Origin: an uncultured Christensenella sp.
Lineage (GTDB): Bacteria > Bacillota > Clostridia > Christensenellales > Aristaeellaceae
DNA: 64,000 bases
Assembly: GCA_964346355.1 (NCBI GenBank)
Contig: CAYFUH010000004.1
Coordinates: 2,769-66,768, forward strand
Direction: 5' to 3'
Shown: positions 7,621 through 16,399 of the stretch, one piece after another
Layout of the letters: each line of letters begins with the position of its first letter
How positions within the stretch are numbered: position 1 is the stretch's first letter
The notes under the pieces: model-generated
Told to the model about the DNA's origin: nothing
Database searches by the model: none
Seen by the model: the letters and a program-made list of their open reading frames with translations, nothing else
Program-made: the position numbers and the translations under genes

Positions 7621-9634
7621 AGATATTGCGAAGCACCTCCTCATAGATGGTGCGCAGGAACTCCAGCAGCTGCTCGCCCATAATCAGCACAATCAGCACG
7701 ATGATGACCGCGATGATCATGAAAACCAGGGTGAGCACAAAGCAGCGGATGGTTTCCCGGAAAGTGTAGTCATGCACATTCTGCAGGGCCAAAAACAGCG
7801 TGATCAGCGTCCAGACAACCCCGGCTAACAGGATAATGGACAGGATGAAGGACTCGCTGTAGGTGAGCGTGTAACTCAGCCCCAAAATGAGCAGGAAAGC
7901 GCCCATCACCGGCATGAGTGAATAGGCGGGGATCATGTAGCACTGCTTTAAATCCCCGTCCCCGTCGTTGATGGAGGTGACCAGGTAGTTGCACAGGATG
8001 AACAGGCCGATGAACAGGAAATAGCCCGTCACCAGGGCGGTGATGTCCATGTCCTCCACCTGCACAAACTGGTAGATGAAGCCCTTGCTGGTTTGGTAGA
8101 GCATGAAAATTACGAAATACAGACCGTAGAGGATGGTGGCGCCCAGGACGCTGCCCTCGCGCTTCCTGCGCACCTCATAAAAGGCATCCACGGGATGGCG
8201 CGGTGTGACAAAGGCAAAGAGGACATCCTTGATGACAGGCGTTTTTCGCAGTGCGCGCCAGCCGCGGCTGGTGAGGCTGCGCATGCCGCGCTTTTTATAG
8301 TACCGCTTGAGGAAGAAGTTGATGAGAACCAGGGCCACTGCGCCCATCGCAAACGGCGGCAGCCAGCGCTGGATAAAGGTGTTGCGCAGCTCCCAGAAAG
8401 CCTCTGAATACATGGCGCGGTTGCCCGCCACGCGGAAGTGGCCGATGGACGCCTCATAGTCTTCGTTATGGAAGTGCGCCTTGGCGATTCCGTTGTGCGC
8501 CAATACAGACATCTGGTTGAGCCTGAGCACCCGGTTCCATTGGCGCAGCGATGCCTGGTACTCCCCTTTTTCATACAGGCCCATCGCGTCATAGACCGTG
8601 TTGGCGTAATCCGTGGGCACAAAGGACTGCACATAGCCCTTCTCGCTGTCCAGCGCCCAGATGATGCCCTGTTTGTCCACCGCCAAAGCGGGCAAGCGGG
8701 AAAACAGGCCCGCCACATCCAGGTTGGAAACATTGGAGCCGAAGTTGAAGATCAATTCCCCGGCGGGCGAATAAATCAGGATGTAGCCGGACTGGTCAGC
8801 GGCATAGATGATGCCGCGCGCGTCCACCCAGACATCGCTTAAGGCTTCGGTGCTGATGACCCGGTCGATGAACATGTTGGCGCCGTCCGTCCGGTGCTTT
8901 TTAAGGGCATTGTAGCGGATGGACATGGTGGTGGTATAGGTGATCCCGGCCGGGTCCACAAACACGTTGGAGAAGGTGATGGGCACGCTGTCCACCAGGT
9001 TGGCCAATTGCTCGCGCGTGAAGATCAGGCGCTGCAGGGCTTGGGAGAAGGTGAGCCGCGTCTGGTTGACGGTGAAATAGCCCAGGAACTCCCCCGCTTT
9101 GCCCAACTGGATGACGCCGTGGTAGACGCCCTCCCCCACCAAATAGAGGTTGCCGCCCGCGTCCACCGCAACCTTCATGGGCTCATAACGGATGTCCGAA
9201 AAGACGGGTGAGGCGGGTTTTTCATACGCGCGGATCAGGGTCTGCGCGGCATCAAACTGGAACACCTTGCGCGCGCCCGGGTCCGCCACATACAGCTGTC
9301 CCTCCCTGGTGACATAGATGCCGGTAGGGCTTGAAAAACCAGGATAGGCCAGCTCGTTTTTTATCTGGCCGCGGGCAGTGTCGTACAGCAGCACGCGCTT
9401 GTTGCCGCTGTCGGCGATGTACAGGGTGCCCGCTTCATCAATAAACAGGTCCGCGGGCTTATTAAGCCCCAGCGTGGTGATGGTTTTGTCCGGCAAATAG
9501 GCGTCCTGCGTGCGCACAAAGCGGTATTTCTGATCCAGCGTGTAGGTGTAGCTGGTGGCTTTGTTGGCATAAGCGGTGAGCGGCAAAAAGAGACTTGCCA
9601 GCAACAGGAGAATGATGCGTGTCCGTGTTCTCAT
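7613..9634 (-). CDS. NHL-repeat beta-propeller / TPR / Yip1-domain integral membrane protein
   Basis: ORF 7613..9643 trimmed to ATG 9634 (GAGGTG RBS). Signal peptide MRTRTRIILLLLASLFLPLTAYA. NHL-like repeats include LYIADSGNKRVLLYD, LYVADPGARKVFQFD, IIYAADQSGYILIYS and IIWALDSEKGYVQSF. A TPR-like stretch (GLYEKGEYQASLRQWNRVLRL) is followed by a multi-TM Yip1-like C-terminus. Confidence 0.75.
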   Translation of the reverse strand: MRTRTRIILLLLASLFLPLTAYANKATSYTYTLDQKYRFVRTQDAYLPDKTITTLGLNKPADLFIDEAGTLYIADSGNKRVLLYDTARGQIKNELAYPGFSSPTGIYVTREGQLYVADPGARKVFQFDAAQTLIRAYEKPASPVFSDIRYEPMKVAVDAGGNLYLVGEGVYHGVIQLGKAGEFLGYFTVNQTRLTFSQALQRLIFTREQLANLVDSVPITFSNVFVDPAGITYTTTMSIRYNALKKHRTDGANMFIDRVISTEALSDVWVDARGIIYAADQSGYILIYSPAGELIFNFGSNVSNLDVAGLFSRLPALAVDKQGIIWALDSEKGYVQSFVPTDYANTVYDAMGLYEKGEYQASLRQWNRVLRLNQMSVLAHNGIAKAHFHNEDYEASIGHFRVAGNRAMYSEAFWELRNTFIQRWLPPFAMGAVALVLINFFLKRYYKKRGMRSLTSRGWRALRKTPVIKDVLFAFVTPRHPVDAFYEVRRKREGSVLGATILYGLYFVIFMLYQTSKGFIYQFVQVEDMDITALVTGYFLFIGLFILCNYLVTSINDGDGDLKQCYMIPAYSLMPVMGAFLLILGLSYTLTYSESFILSIILLAGVVWTLITLFLALQNVHDYTFRETIRCFVLTLVFMIIAVIIVLIVLIMGEQLLEFLRTIYEEVLRNIYA

Positions 9635-9644
9635 GCCCGCCACC

Positions 9645-10541
9645 TCACTTGATGCCTGAGTGGCTCATCGTGTTCATGACCTGGGACTGCATGAAGATGA
9701 AAATGATGAGGTTGGGCAAAAAGAGGATGAGGGAAGCAGCAGCCGTCATGCCGGCGGCGGACACCGTGTTGTTGGTGGAGATGGCGTTTAAGTAAAAGGC
9801 CAGCGTGCGCAGGGCGTCATCGGTGATGAAGTTGTTGGAGGCCTCCACCGTGCCCCACACCAACTGGAAGGACAGCACTGCAGCTGTTGCAAGTGCTGGC
9901 CGTGTCAGCGGGATGATGACCCGGCGGATGATGGTTACATCCCCCGCACCGTCTATCACCGCGGCCTCTATCAAAGCATCCGGGATTTGATCCGTAAACT
10001 GTTTGATTAAAAACAGGACGACCGGCATCGCCACCAGGGGGAGAATATGCGCGAACAAGGTGTTGAGCATGCCGGAGTTGACGATGACGATATAGCGCGG
10101 CACCGCCACCGCGGTGGGCACAAACATCAGGGCCAGCTGGTTGATGGAGAACAGGCGCTCCTTGAGGCGGAAACGCTTCTTGGACAAAGCGTAAGCCCCG
10201 GTCACGGAGATGGCCAGGTTGAGGAGCACCGTCAAAATGGTAATCACCACGGAGTTGAGCAAATAGCGCGACATGGGGACCCCTGTGGTGGAGGACAAGC
10301 GAAACAGCGCGCGGAAATTATTGAGGGTGAACTCGCTGGCGAAGATACGCGGCGGGAAGGCGTGCAACTCACCCAGGGGCATGAAAGCGCGGTTGACAAT
10401 CATCAACACAGGAATCACCATGAAGGCCGCCAGCGGCAGCAGCACCAGGTAAAACTTGATCTGGCTGGCGGAAAAACGGCTGGGGTTGATGCGGGAGCCG
10501 GAGTAGGCGTTGCGACGGCGCCTTTTGGCGGGCTGACTCAT
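9645..10541 (-). CDS. Carbohydrate ABC transporter permease (MalG/LplC-like)
   Basis: 298 aa. ATGA overlap with the upstream stop, GGAGGAG RBS. EAA loop [26 protein letters not shown]. Six TM segments. Confidence 0.88.
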   Translation of the reverse strand: MSQPAKRRRRNAYSGSRINPSRFSASQIKFYLVLLPLAAFMVIPVLMIVNRAFMPLGELHAFPPRIFASEFTLNNFRALFRLSSTTGVPMSRYLLNSVVITILTVLLNLAISVTGAYALSKKRFRLKERLFSINQLALMFVPTAVAVPRYIVIVNSGMLNTLFAHILPLVAMPVVLFLIKQFTDQIPDALIEAAVIDGAGDVTIIRRVIIPLTRPALATAAVLSFQLVWGTVEASNNFITDDALRTLAFYLNAISTNNTVSAAGMTAAASLILFLPNLIIFIFMQSQVMNTMSHSGIK

Positions 10542-11473
10542 ACGATCTCCTCCTTCTCGCCAAAGAAGCGGTAGGCCAGTTTGTTAAACAGATAGACAAC
10601 CAACAGCAGCACAACCGACAGCGCCGCGGCGTAGCCCATCTCATAGCGGATGAAGCCATAGTCATCGATGTGGTTGGTGATCAACTGCCCCGCGTACTGC
10701 GGTGTGGGGTTTGCGCCCGCCAAGGTGACACCAATCCAGCCCATGTTGAAGGCGTTGACAATGGCCATGACCGCGCCAAAGAGCATCTGCGGCTTCATGG
10801 ACGGAATGGTGATATAGATAATCTCCTGAAAACGGTTGCGCAGCCCGTCCACATAGGCGGCCTCGTACAGTTCTTCATTGACATTCAAGATGCCTGAGAT
10901 CATCGCCAAAAAGCCGATTCCCATCGCCGACCACAGGGACACGATGATCATGATCAGCATGAAATAATCCTGGGTCAAAAGGAACTGGATGGGTTGGTCC
11001 GTGAGGCCCAGTTCCATGAGCAGGAAGTTGGCGATGCCAGCCTGATCGCCCGAGAAAATGGCACGCCAGACCACGCCGATGAATACGCTGCCCAGCATGG
11101 AGGGCGTGTAGATGCACAGCGCCAGGATGGTGCGCGGCACGCGCTGCAACTGGGTGAGCATCCACGCCACCAAAAAGGAGAGGACATAGCCGCCCGGACC
11201 TACCACCAGGGCGTATAAAAAGGTGTTGGGCAGGACGTTTTTGAGGAAGACCGTATCCTGGGTGAAGATGGACACGTAGTTGAGCAGCCCTGTAAACACC
11301 GGGCGGTTGATCACATCAAAGAAGGTAAAGCTGAGCACAATGGCCACCACCACAGGCACCAGGATAAACATGGTGAAGGGAATGGCATAGGGCAAAAGCA
11401 GCAGGCCCGCGCGCAGGCCTTCACGCTTTTTTCGCGGCTTTGGTTTTTTGCCGGATACGCTGACGCTGCTCAT
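10538..11473 (-). CDS. Carbohydrate ABC transporter permease (MalF/LplB-like)
   Basis: 311 aa. ATGA overlap with the upstream stop. EAA loop [27 protein letters not shown]. Multi-TM. Confidence 0.88.
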   Translation of the reverse strand: MSSVSVSGKKPKPRKKREGLRAGLLLLPYAIPFTMFILVPVVVAIVLSFTFFDVINRPVFTGLLNYVSIFTQDTVFLKNVLPNTFLYALVVGPGGYVLSFLVAWMLTQLQRVPRTILALCIYTPSMLGSVFIGVVWRAIFSGDQAGIANFLLMELGLTDQPIQFLLTQDYFMLIMIIVSLWSAMGIGFLAMISGILNVNEELYEAAYVDGLRNRFQEIIYITIPSMKPQMLFGAVMAIVNAFNMGWIGVTLAGANPTPQYAGQLITNHIDDYGFIRYEMGYAAALSVVLLLVVYLFNKLAYRFFGEKEEIV

Positions 11474-14406
11474 CTCATCCCTCCTTCCGACAGATCCATC
11501 TGCTCCTTGATCCAGTCATAATCCCGGATCACATAGGGCTTAAGCAAACGGCCGTCCTGGTCATAAAAGCCCAGCTCCGTCATCTTCTTTCTGATTTCGC
11601 GGTTGATTAAGACCACCTTCTCGTCCACCGCTACCTGGGCGGATACGCCCTTTGTGACCATGGCGTTCCAGATGTCGGAGATGGAGCGCTCTAGGATGTA
11701 CTGCCCGGGCGTGCGCGGGACATCCCGCAGCCAAGGGGTGCTGTCCAAAATAATGTCCAAATCCGCCCGGTCTATCGGCGCGTCTTTTAAGGCCTCCACG
11801 TTGGAAGGCAGCCACATGAAGGCATCGCCATAGGTAGAGCGCAGCAGGAAGGTGTAGTTGACCTGCGTTTCCTTGGACAGCCACCACTTGAGGAAGGCCC
11901 AAGCCTGATCCTTCATCTGCGTGTCCTTAAACACAATGCCGCCCTGACCGTTGGCAATAAACCAGCGGGAGACGCTTCCGTCCTCCTGCACGGTGCCGGG
12001 GTAGGGCGCCATAGCCCACTGGCCTTCCAATTCCGGCGCGCCGTTTTTCAGCAAGATATAGGTGCCCGAGTCCAGGATGCCCACAGGCTGCACCGCGTAC
12101 CGGAAGGCGTCAAAGAAGCTGGATACCTGGATGTCCAGGGAATAGGCGATGAACAGGTTGCCCAGCGCCTGGATGCCGGCGATGGCCTCCGGCTGGTGGA
12201 TGGCGGTGCGGTAGCCATCCGGAGTGTATAATGTGCCGCCGTGCTGGAAGATGAGCGGCGTTGTCTGATAAAACCACTTGTAGCCCGTGCCCTGGGCGAT
12301 GTTGTGGAAGAAGTTCATTCCGTAGCGCTGCAGTTCCGGCAAAAGGGCTGTCACCTCATCCCAGGTCGCGGGCACCTGCATGCCAAAGTTTTCAAAGATG
12401 TCGCGGCGGTAGACCAGGCAGGCAAAATCCAGCGTCTCCGGAATGGCATACACACCCTCGTTGAATAAATAAGGAACAAAGGTGCCCGGCGGCATCTGCC
12501 CTGCCACCTGCCAGAAATCCGAGAACTGGCTTAAATCAAGCAGTGCGCCGCGGGAAGCCAGATCAAAAGGCATGTGGGATGCCAAGCCCAGCGCCACATC
12601 CGGCGTGGTGTTAGCGGAAGCCGACATGGTGAGTTTGCCGGGGTCGGTGAGCGCGGACAGCTTCACCTTGATGCCTGTTTTTGCGGTGAACTCGGTATCC
12701 ACCATCTTTTGCAGCAAATCCACATGTGTGAGCGCGCGGTTCACCCAGACGGTCAGCACCTCGCCATCGCCCGCGGTCTGGCGGTATTTGTCGGTGGTAA
12801 AGGTGTGGTAAAGGGTGGAAAACCAGTTGCCCAGGCTGCGCAGCGCGCTCGCGCCGGACTGGGGCACCTCGCCCTCCCCCGTCACATACACCATGTCCAG
12901 GGAGAAGGCGTCGTTGGTGAGCTGCGTCGCAAAGCGGCTGAGGGAGACGATGATGGAGTTGTCCGGCCCGGTCATCTGCTGGGTGTACAGGGAAATCTCA
13001 TCCGGGTAGCGCTTCATGGCTTCAATCAAACCAAGCGCCTTATCGATCTCCGCAAACATCGCGCTGCCTGTGCCGCGCTCGCTATAGTCCTGGGTGAGTG
13101 TCTTGATGTGGTTGAGAAGGACGTCATAGGCATCCAGGTAATCGGCGATGTGCGGCAAATAGCGCGTCATCTTCCAGGTGCGGTTTTTATCTCGCTGGGA
13201 GCCCGCCAATTCGGTCACCTGCAAAGAAAAGCGCATCACATGGGCGGATACCAGCCGGGCATAGCGCCATGCCTGCATGACCGGCGCCATCTCCATGCGC
13301 AGGCTGAGGGTGTGCGTGCCCGCCTCCAGATAAAACAAGAAAGGCGCGCCATCTTTGCCGTGCAGCGTCTCCATCGCCCAGTTCCCGTTGGTGACGGGGA
13401 AGGAATAGCTTCCGCACTCTAAAAAGGGCAGGCTGCCATCAATCAGGATGCTGTGGAAGGCGGCGAACTCCGGCTTGTCGTTGCGGTAGTGGAGGGCAAT
13501 TTGATATAAGCCTGCTGTTTTGACCTCAAAGGAATAGGTGACCTGCGTCCCGTCCTTGCCCCAGGACAGGGCGTTAAGCAATTTTTTGCTGCTGTCATGC
13601 GGGGTGAGCGCCGGGTTGTTGACGCTTTCAAAGATGGCTTCCGCGTTGTTCTTTTCCAGATAACGCACCGCGTTAAGGGCAATTGTGCCTTCCCCCATCA
13701 TCTGGTGCTGATGCTGCGCTTGATAGGCTGCGTAATCAGGCAGGGTGCCCTCAGGCGCCATGGCGCGCAGCGCGCCCAGCATCAGGCCATCGCCGGAGCG
13801 GTTGGTGAGGGTGATGAGGTTGTCACCTGAGGGCAGGTAAAACAGCAGCGGCTGGGCAGTAGAGCGCAGCTTGCTGTTGAGGGGCTGGCTGCGCCAGCGA
13901 TCCACCCTGGATTGACGCGGGGCGGATTCATCCCCATAGCTGTCCTTGGGGAAATCCTCCTGCGCGCTTTGCCAGTAAAGGGGCAGGGCGAGGCTGTCCA
14001 TCTCCGCATAATCCTGAACATCATTGACCTTGATGGACAGGATGAAGTCCGACATGGTGCTGAGAGTGGGCAAATAGTCAAGGCTGAGGGTGTACAGCCC
14101 GGCTGTTTCCACCGCCAGACGGTAGGTAGCCGTTTGCTGGTAGTTGAGCAAAATGGTGTCCCGGTCCGCCGTGCCATCAAGGGGCAGCGCGCGCGCATCC
14201 CCAGTCCCTGGGGGCACATCCAGACCTGACAGGAAATCCAGATAGGGCGTTTGCTCACCGGTCATCTCACCCGCCAGCAGCTGCCAGGCTTTGGTAACCT
14301 CCTGCTCGTCGCTGGCCTGCACACGCAGCCCCTGTTTTGGGGGCAAAAAAATGAGGGCAAGCAGAATGACTCCGACCACGACCCAGGCTCCCCATTTTTT
14401 GATCAT
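11470..14406 (-). CDS. Giant (978 aa) membrane-anchored extracellular solute-binding protein with a duplicated N-terminal beta-sandwich-like module
   Basis: ATG 14406 with GAGGGA RBS. N-terminal TM helix [17 protein letters not shown]. Two related segments ([22 protein letters not shown] / [23 protein letters not shown]). The C-terminal ~430 aa look like a family-1 SBP ([11 protein letters not shown]..., [19 protein letters not shown]). Confidence 0.8.
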   Translation of the reverse strand: MIKKWGAWVVVGVILLALIFLPPKQGLRVQASDEQEVTKAWQLLAGEMTGEQTPYLDFLSGLDVPPGTGDARALPLDGTADRDTILLNYQQTATYRLAVETAGLYTLSLDYLPTLSTMSDFILSIKVNDVQDYAEMDSLALPLYWQSAQEDFPKDSYGDESAPRQSRVDRWRSQPLNSKLRSTAQPLLFYLPSGDNLITLTNRSGDGLMLGALRAMAPEGTLPDYAAYQAQHQHQMMGEGTIALNAVRYLEKNNAEAIFESVNNPALTPHDSSKKLLNALSWGKDGTQVTYSFEVKTAGLYQIALHYRNDKPEFAAFHSILIDGSLPFLECGSYSFPVTNGNWAMETLHGKDGAPFLFYLEAGTHTLSLRMEMAPVMQAWRYARLVSAHVMRFSLQVTELAGSQRDKNRTWKMTRYLPHIADYLDAYDVLLNHIKTLTQDYSERGTGSAMFAEIDKALGLIEAMKRYPDEISLYTQQMTGPDNSIIVSLSRFATQLTNDAFSLDMVYVTGEGEVPQSGASALRSLGNWFSTLYHTFTTDKYRQTAGDGEVLTVWVNRALTHVDLLQKMVDTEFTAKTGIKVKLSALTDPGKLTMSASANTTPDVALGLASHMPFDLASRGALLDLSQFSDFWQVAGQMPPGTFVPYLFNEGVYAIPETLDFACLVYRRDIFENFGMQVPATWDEVTALLPELQRYGMNFFHNIAQGTGYKWFYQTTPLIFQHGGTLYTPDGYRTAIHQPEAIAGIQALGNLFIAYSLDIQVSSFFDAFRYAVQPVGILDSGTYILLKNGAPELEGQWAMAPYPGTVQEDGSVSRWFIANGQGGIVFKDTQMKDQAWAFLKWWLSKETQVNYTFLLRSTYGDAFMWLPSNVEALKDAPIDRADLDIILDSTPWLRDVPRTPGQYILERSISDIWNAMVTKGVSAQVAVDEKVVLINREIRKKMTELGFYDQDGRLLKPYVIRDYDWIKEQMDLSEGGMR

Positions 14407-14429
14407 CCCAATTCCCTCACGGCTATCGC

Positions 14430-14460
14430 CCCAGCCGGGGGGTTAAACCCCCCGGCCGGG
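14430..14460 (-). promoter_or_regulatory. Strong GC hairpin between the two SBP genes (intercistronic stabiliser or partial terminator)
   Basis: CCCAGCCGGGGGG-TTAAA-CCCCCCGGCCGGG: 9 bp, one mismatch, then 3 bp. On the minus strand it lies just downstream of the SBP stop (14473). No U-tract follows on the minus strand. Confidence 0.55.
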
Positions 14461-14472
14461 AAGGTATGTGAT

Positions 14473-16116
14473 TTACTTAAAAGCGTCCTCGGTGAAACCG
14501 TAGTACTTGATTAAGCCATCGCGCAGGCCTTTTTCCGCCTTCACGAAGCGCGCGTTGATGGCTTCGTTCCAGTCGGACAGCTTGGCTTTGACGGTATCCA
14601 GCCAGTTGGCGTCGGTGCTGCCAACACCCAGCACATCGAAGTTGGTGGCGTTCATCCACTCGTACAGGCAAGGGGTCTGGGTGCCGTCCTCGTAGATGTA
14701 GAACAGGTAGGTCTTGTCGGAGATATCCCAGAACTGTCCCTTCTCCCACAACTCCAGCACGTACTGGAAGCCGGGCATCAGGTCTTTATCCAGATAGCGC
14801 GCGTGCTCCTTGGTGCTGCCCCAGATGGCCATCTGCTCACTGAAGGCTTCGCCAGTCACCAGCGGGAAGGAGTCATTCAAGGAACTGCGCAGGGCGCCGT
14901 TATCAGAGTAGATAGCATCCGCCCGGGCCTGCATGGCCTCCGTCGCACCGCACCAGTAGGAGCCAAAGGCGTAGGCCAGTTTGAACTGCTCAATCTCCTT
15001 GTCACTCCACTCGGGGTTGCCATCGTCCATGGCGTAGTTGTGAATGGCCATCGGGTCAATAACGATGCCGACGGTGTTCTCCTGATATTCGGTCGCGGGG
15101 CGCGGGTAGATGTCCCAATCATTGGATTCCACCGCGTTCACCTTCCAGGTGCCGTCCTCATTTTTGCCGCCGCTTGCAGCGCCCAACATCCACGGGTCGC
15201 CGTCATAGCTGAGGATGTAGTTGCGGCAGAAGAAGCGGAAGCCCCACCACCAGCCGTCATCCATGACTTCCTGCGGCACGTTCTGCAGGCCAAACTGCGC
15301 CCAGATCGCGCTCTTAGCCCACTCGGGCACATAGGCCAAGGTCTTCGCGACTTCCTCGCTGTTGAGGTCTACATAGTCGCCCTCGCCGGAATAGGTGTTC
15401 AGTTTGTAGTTGATGGCGGTTGTGCCAGTCGCGATGAAGGACAGCGGGGTATCCATCGCGCCCCAGAAGGTTTTGTTGTCAGCGCTGGTGACAAACTCGG
15501 TATACTCGTCAATATCCCAGTCCGGATCCGGCACATCGATGTTGTTGTTCTCGGCCAGTTCCTTGTTGACATACACGCCCCAGGGCTGCATAAACTGCGG
15601 CAAGCCAGCCTGGAAGCCGTAGTAGTTCATCAGGGACATGACGGCGGGGTTGAAGGATTTGTACAGCGGGTCATCCTTGAAGGCGGACAGGTCCGCCACC
15701 AGGCCGCGGCTGACATCGCCGGACAGGTCGGTGGAGGCGTAGATGTCCGGGTACTTGCCGTGCTGCGCCTTGTAGTTCTCCATCTCCTGATACCAGGAGG
15801 TGTCGTTGCCATTGGGGTCATCCGCCTTGGCCCAAAGGTTGATCTTCACGTTGGGATACAGCTCACGGAAGGCCTTGGCCATGCCGTGGACAGCCGCCAC
15901 GTTCTGGCTGGTGATGTCCTCCGGCTTCCAGTCCTTGGCGCCGATGTCCTCATAGAAGATGCTGTCGCCGGACCACACCATGATGTCAATGCTGCCGGCC
16001 GTTTCCGGGTCCAAGGTTTTGTAGAAGGGGGCCGCGTCCTCCGCGAGCGCCGGCATCAGGCCAAGGCCAAGGCACAGCGCCAGGAGAAGGCTCAGAATTT
16101 TCCGGGTTGTGAACAT
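14473..16116 (-). CDS. Extracellular solute-binding protein, large CUT1/LplA-like type (547 aa)
   Basis: ORF 14473..16674 trimmed to ATG 16116 (GGAGG 7 nt upstream). Signal peptide MFTTRKILSLLLALCLGLGLMPALA. First gene of the minus-strand locus, preceded by a 283-nt AT-richer control region. Confidence 0.88.
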   Translation of the reverse strand: MFTTRKILSLLLALCLGLGLMPALAEDAAPFYKTLDPETAGSIDIMVWSGDSIFYEDIGAKDWKPEDITSQNVAAVHGMAKAFRELYPNVKINLWAKADDPNGNDTSWYQEMENYKAQHGKYPDIYASTDLSGDVSRGLVADLSAFKDDPLYKSFNPAVMSLMNYYGFQAGLPQFMQPWGVYVNKELAENNNIDVPDPDWDIDEYTEFVTSADNKTFWGAMDTPLSFIATGTTAINYKLNTYSGEGDYVDLNSEEVAKTLAYVPEWAKSAIWAQFGLQNVPQEVMDDGWWWGFRFFCRNYILSYDGDPWMLGAASGGKNEDGTWKVNAVESNDWDIYPRPATEYQENTVGIVIDPMAIHNYAMDDGNPEWSDKEIEQFKLAYAFGSYWCGATEAMQARADAIYSDNGALRSSLNDSFPLVTGEAFSEQMAIWGSTKEHARYLDKDLMPGFQYVLELWEKGQFWDISDKTYLFYIYEDGTQTPCLYEWMNATNFDVLGVGSTDANWLDTVKAKLSDWNEAINARFVKAEKGLRDGLIKYYGFTEDAFK

Positions 16117-16333
16117 TGGGTTACCTCCATTTTTATTTGATTCAAAGAGCACCTGAGCATATGATACCATCCTTTCATGTGTTTTTCGATCGTTTTCGCG
16201 AATTGTTTTTGACATCTTTTCTGCCCGGCAACATACGAAAAGGTTTAAGTGTTTTCTTGACATACGATTGATAAATGACAAAAAGGATGGTTTCCGGCAG
16301 AGCGAAAAACAATATAAATACAATCCGCAAAAT

Positions 16334-16361
16334 TTGTCGGTTTTTCGTTTTTGTGTATACT
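16334..16361 (+). promoter_or_regulatory. Candidate sigma-A promoter for the Dak2-DegV gene
   Basis: TTGTCG (16334-16339), 16-nt spacer, TATACT (16356-16361), about 38 nt upstream of ATG 16400. Confidence 0.4.
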
Positions 16362-16399
16362 TTTTATAGAAGCATGATTGATGTATTGAAGGGGACGAC

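Noticed and set aside
14803-16140. 445-aa plus-strand ORF
   Set aside because: It lies entirely antisense to the well-supported SBP gene. It has a Gly/Arg/Ala/His/Val-rich composition typical of the reverse frame of GC-rich coding DNA, and it has no RBS. It is an artefact of high GC.
16141-16320. cre (CcpA) site in the sugar-operon control region
   Set aside because: The closest candidates (TGAAAGGATGGTATCA, TGATAAATGACA) lack the central CG and the 14-nt spacing of TGWAANCGNTNWCA.
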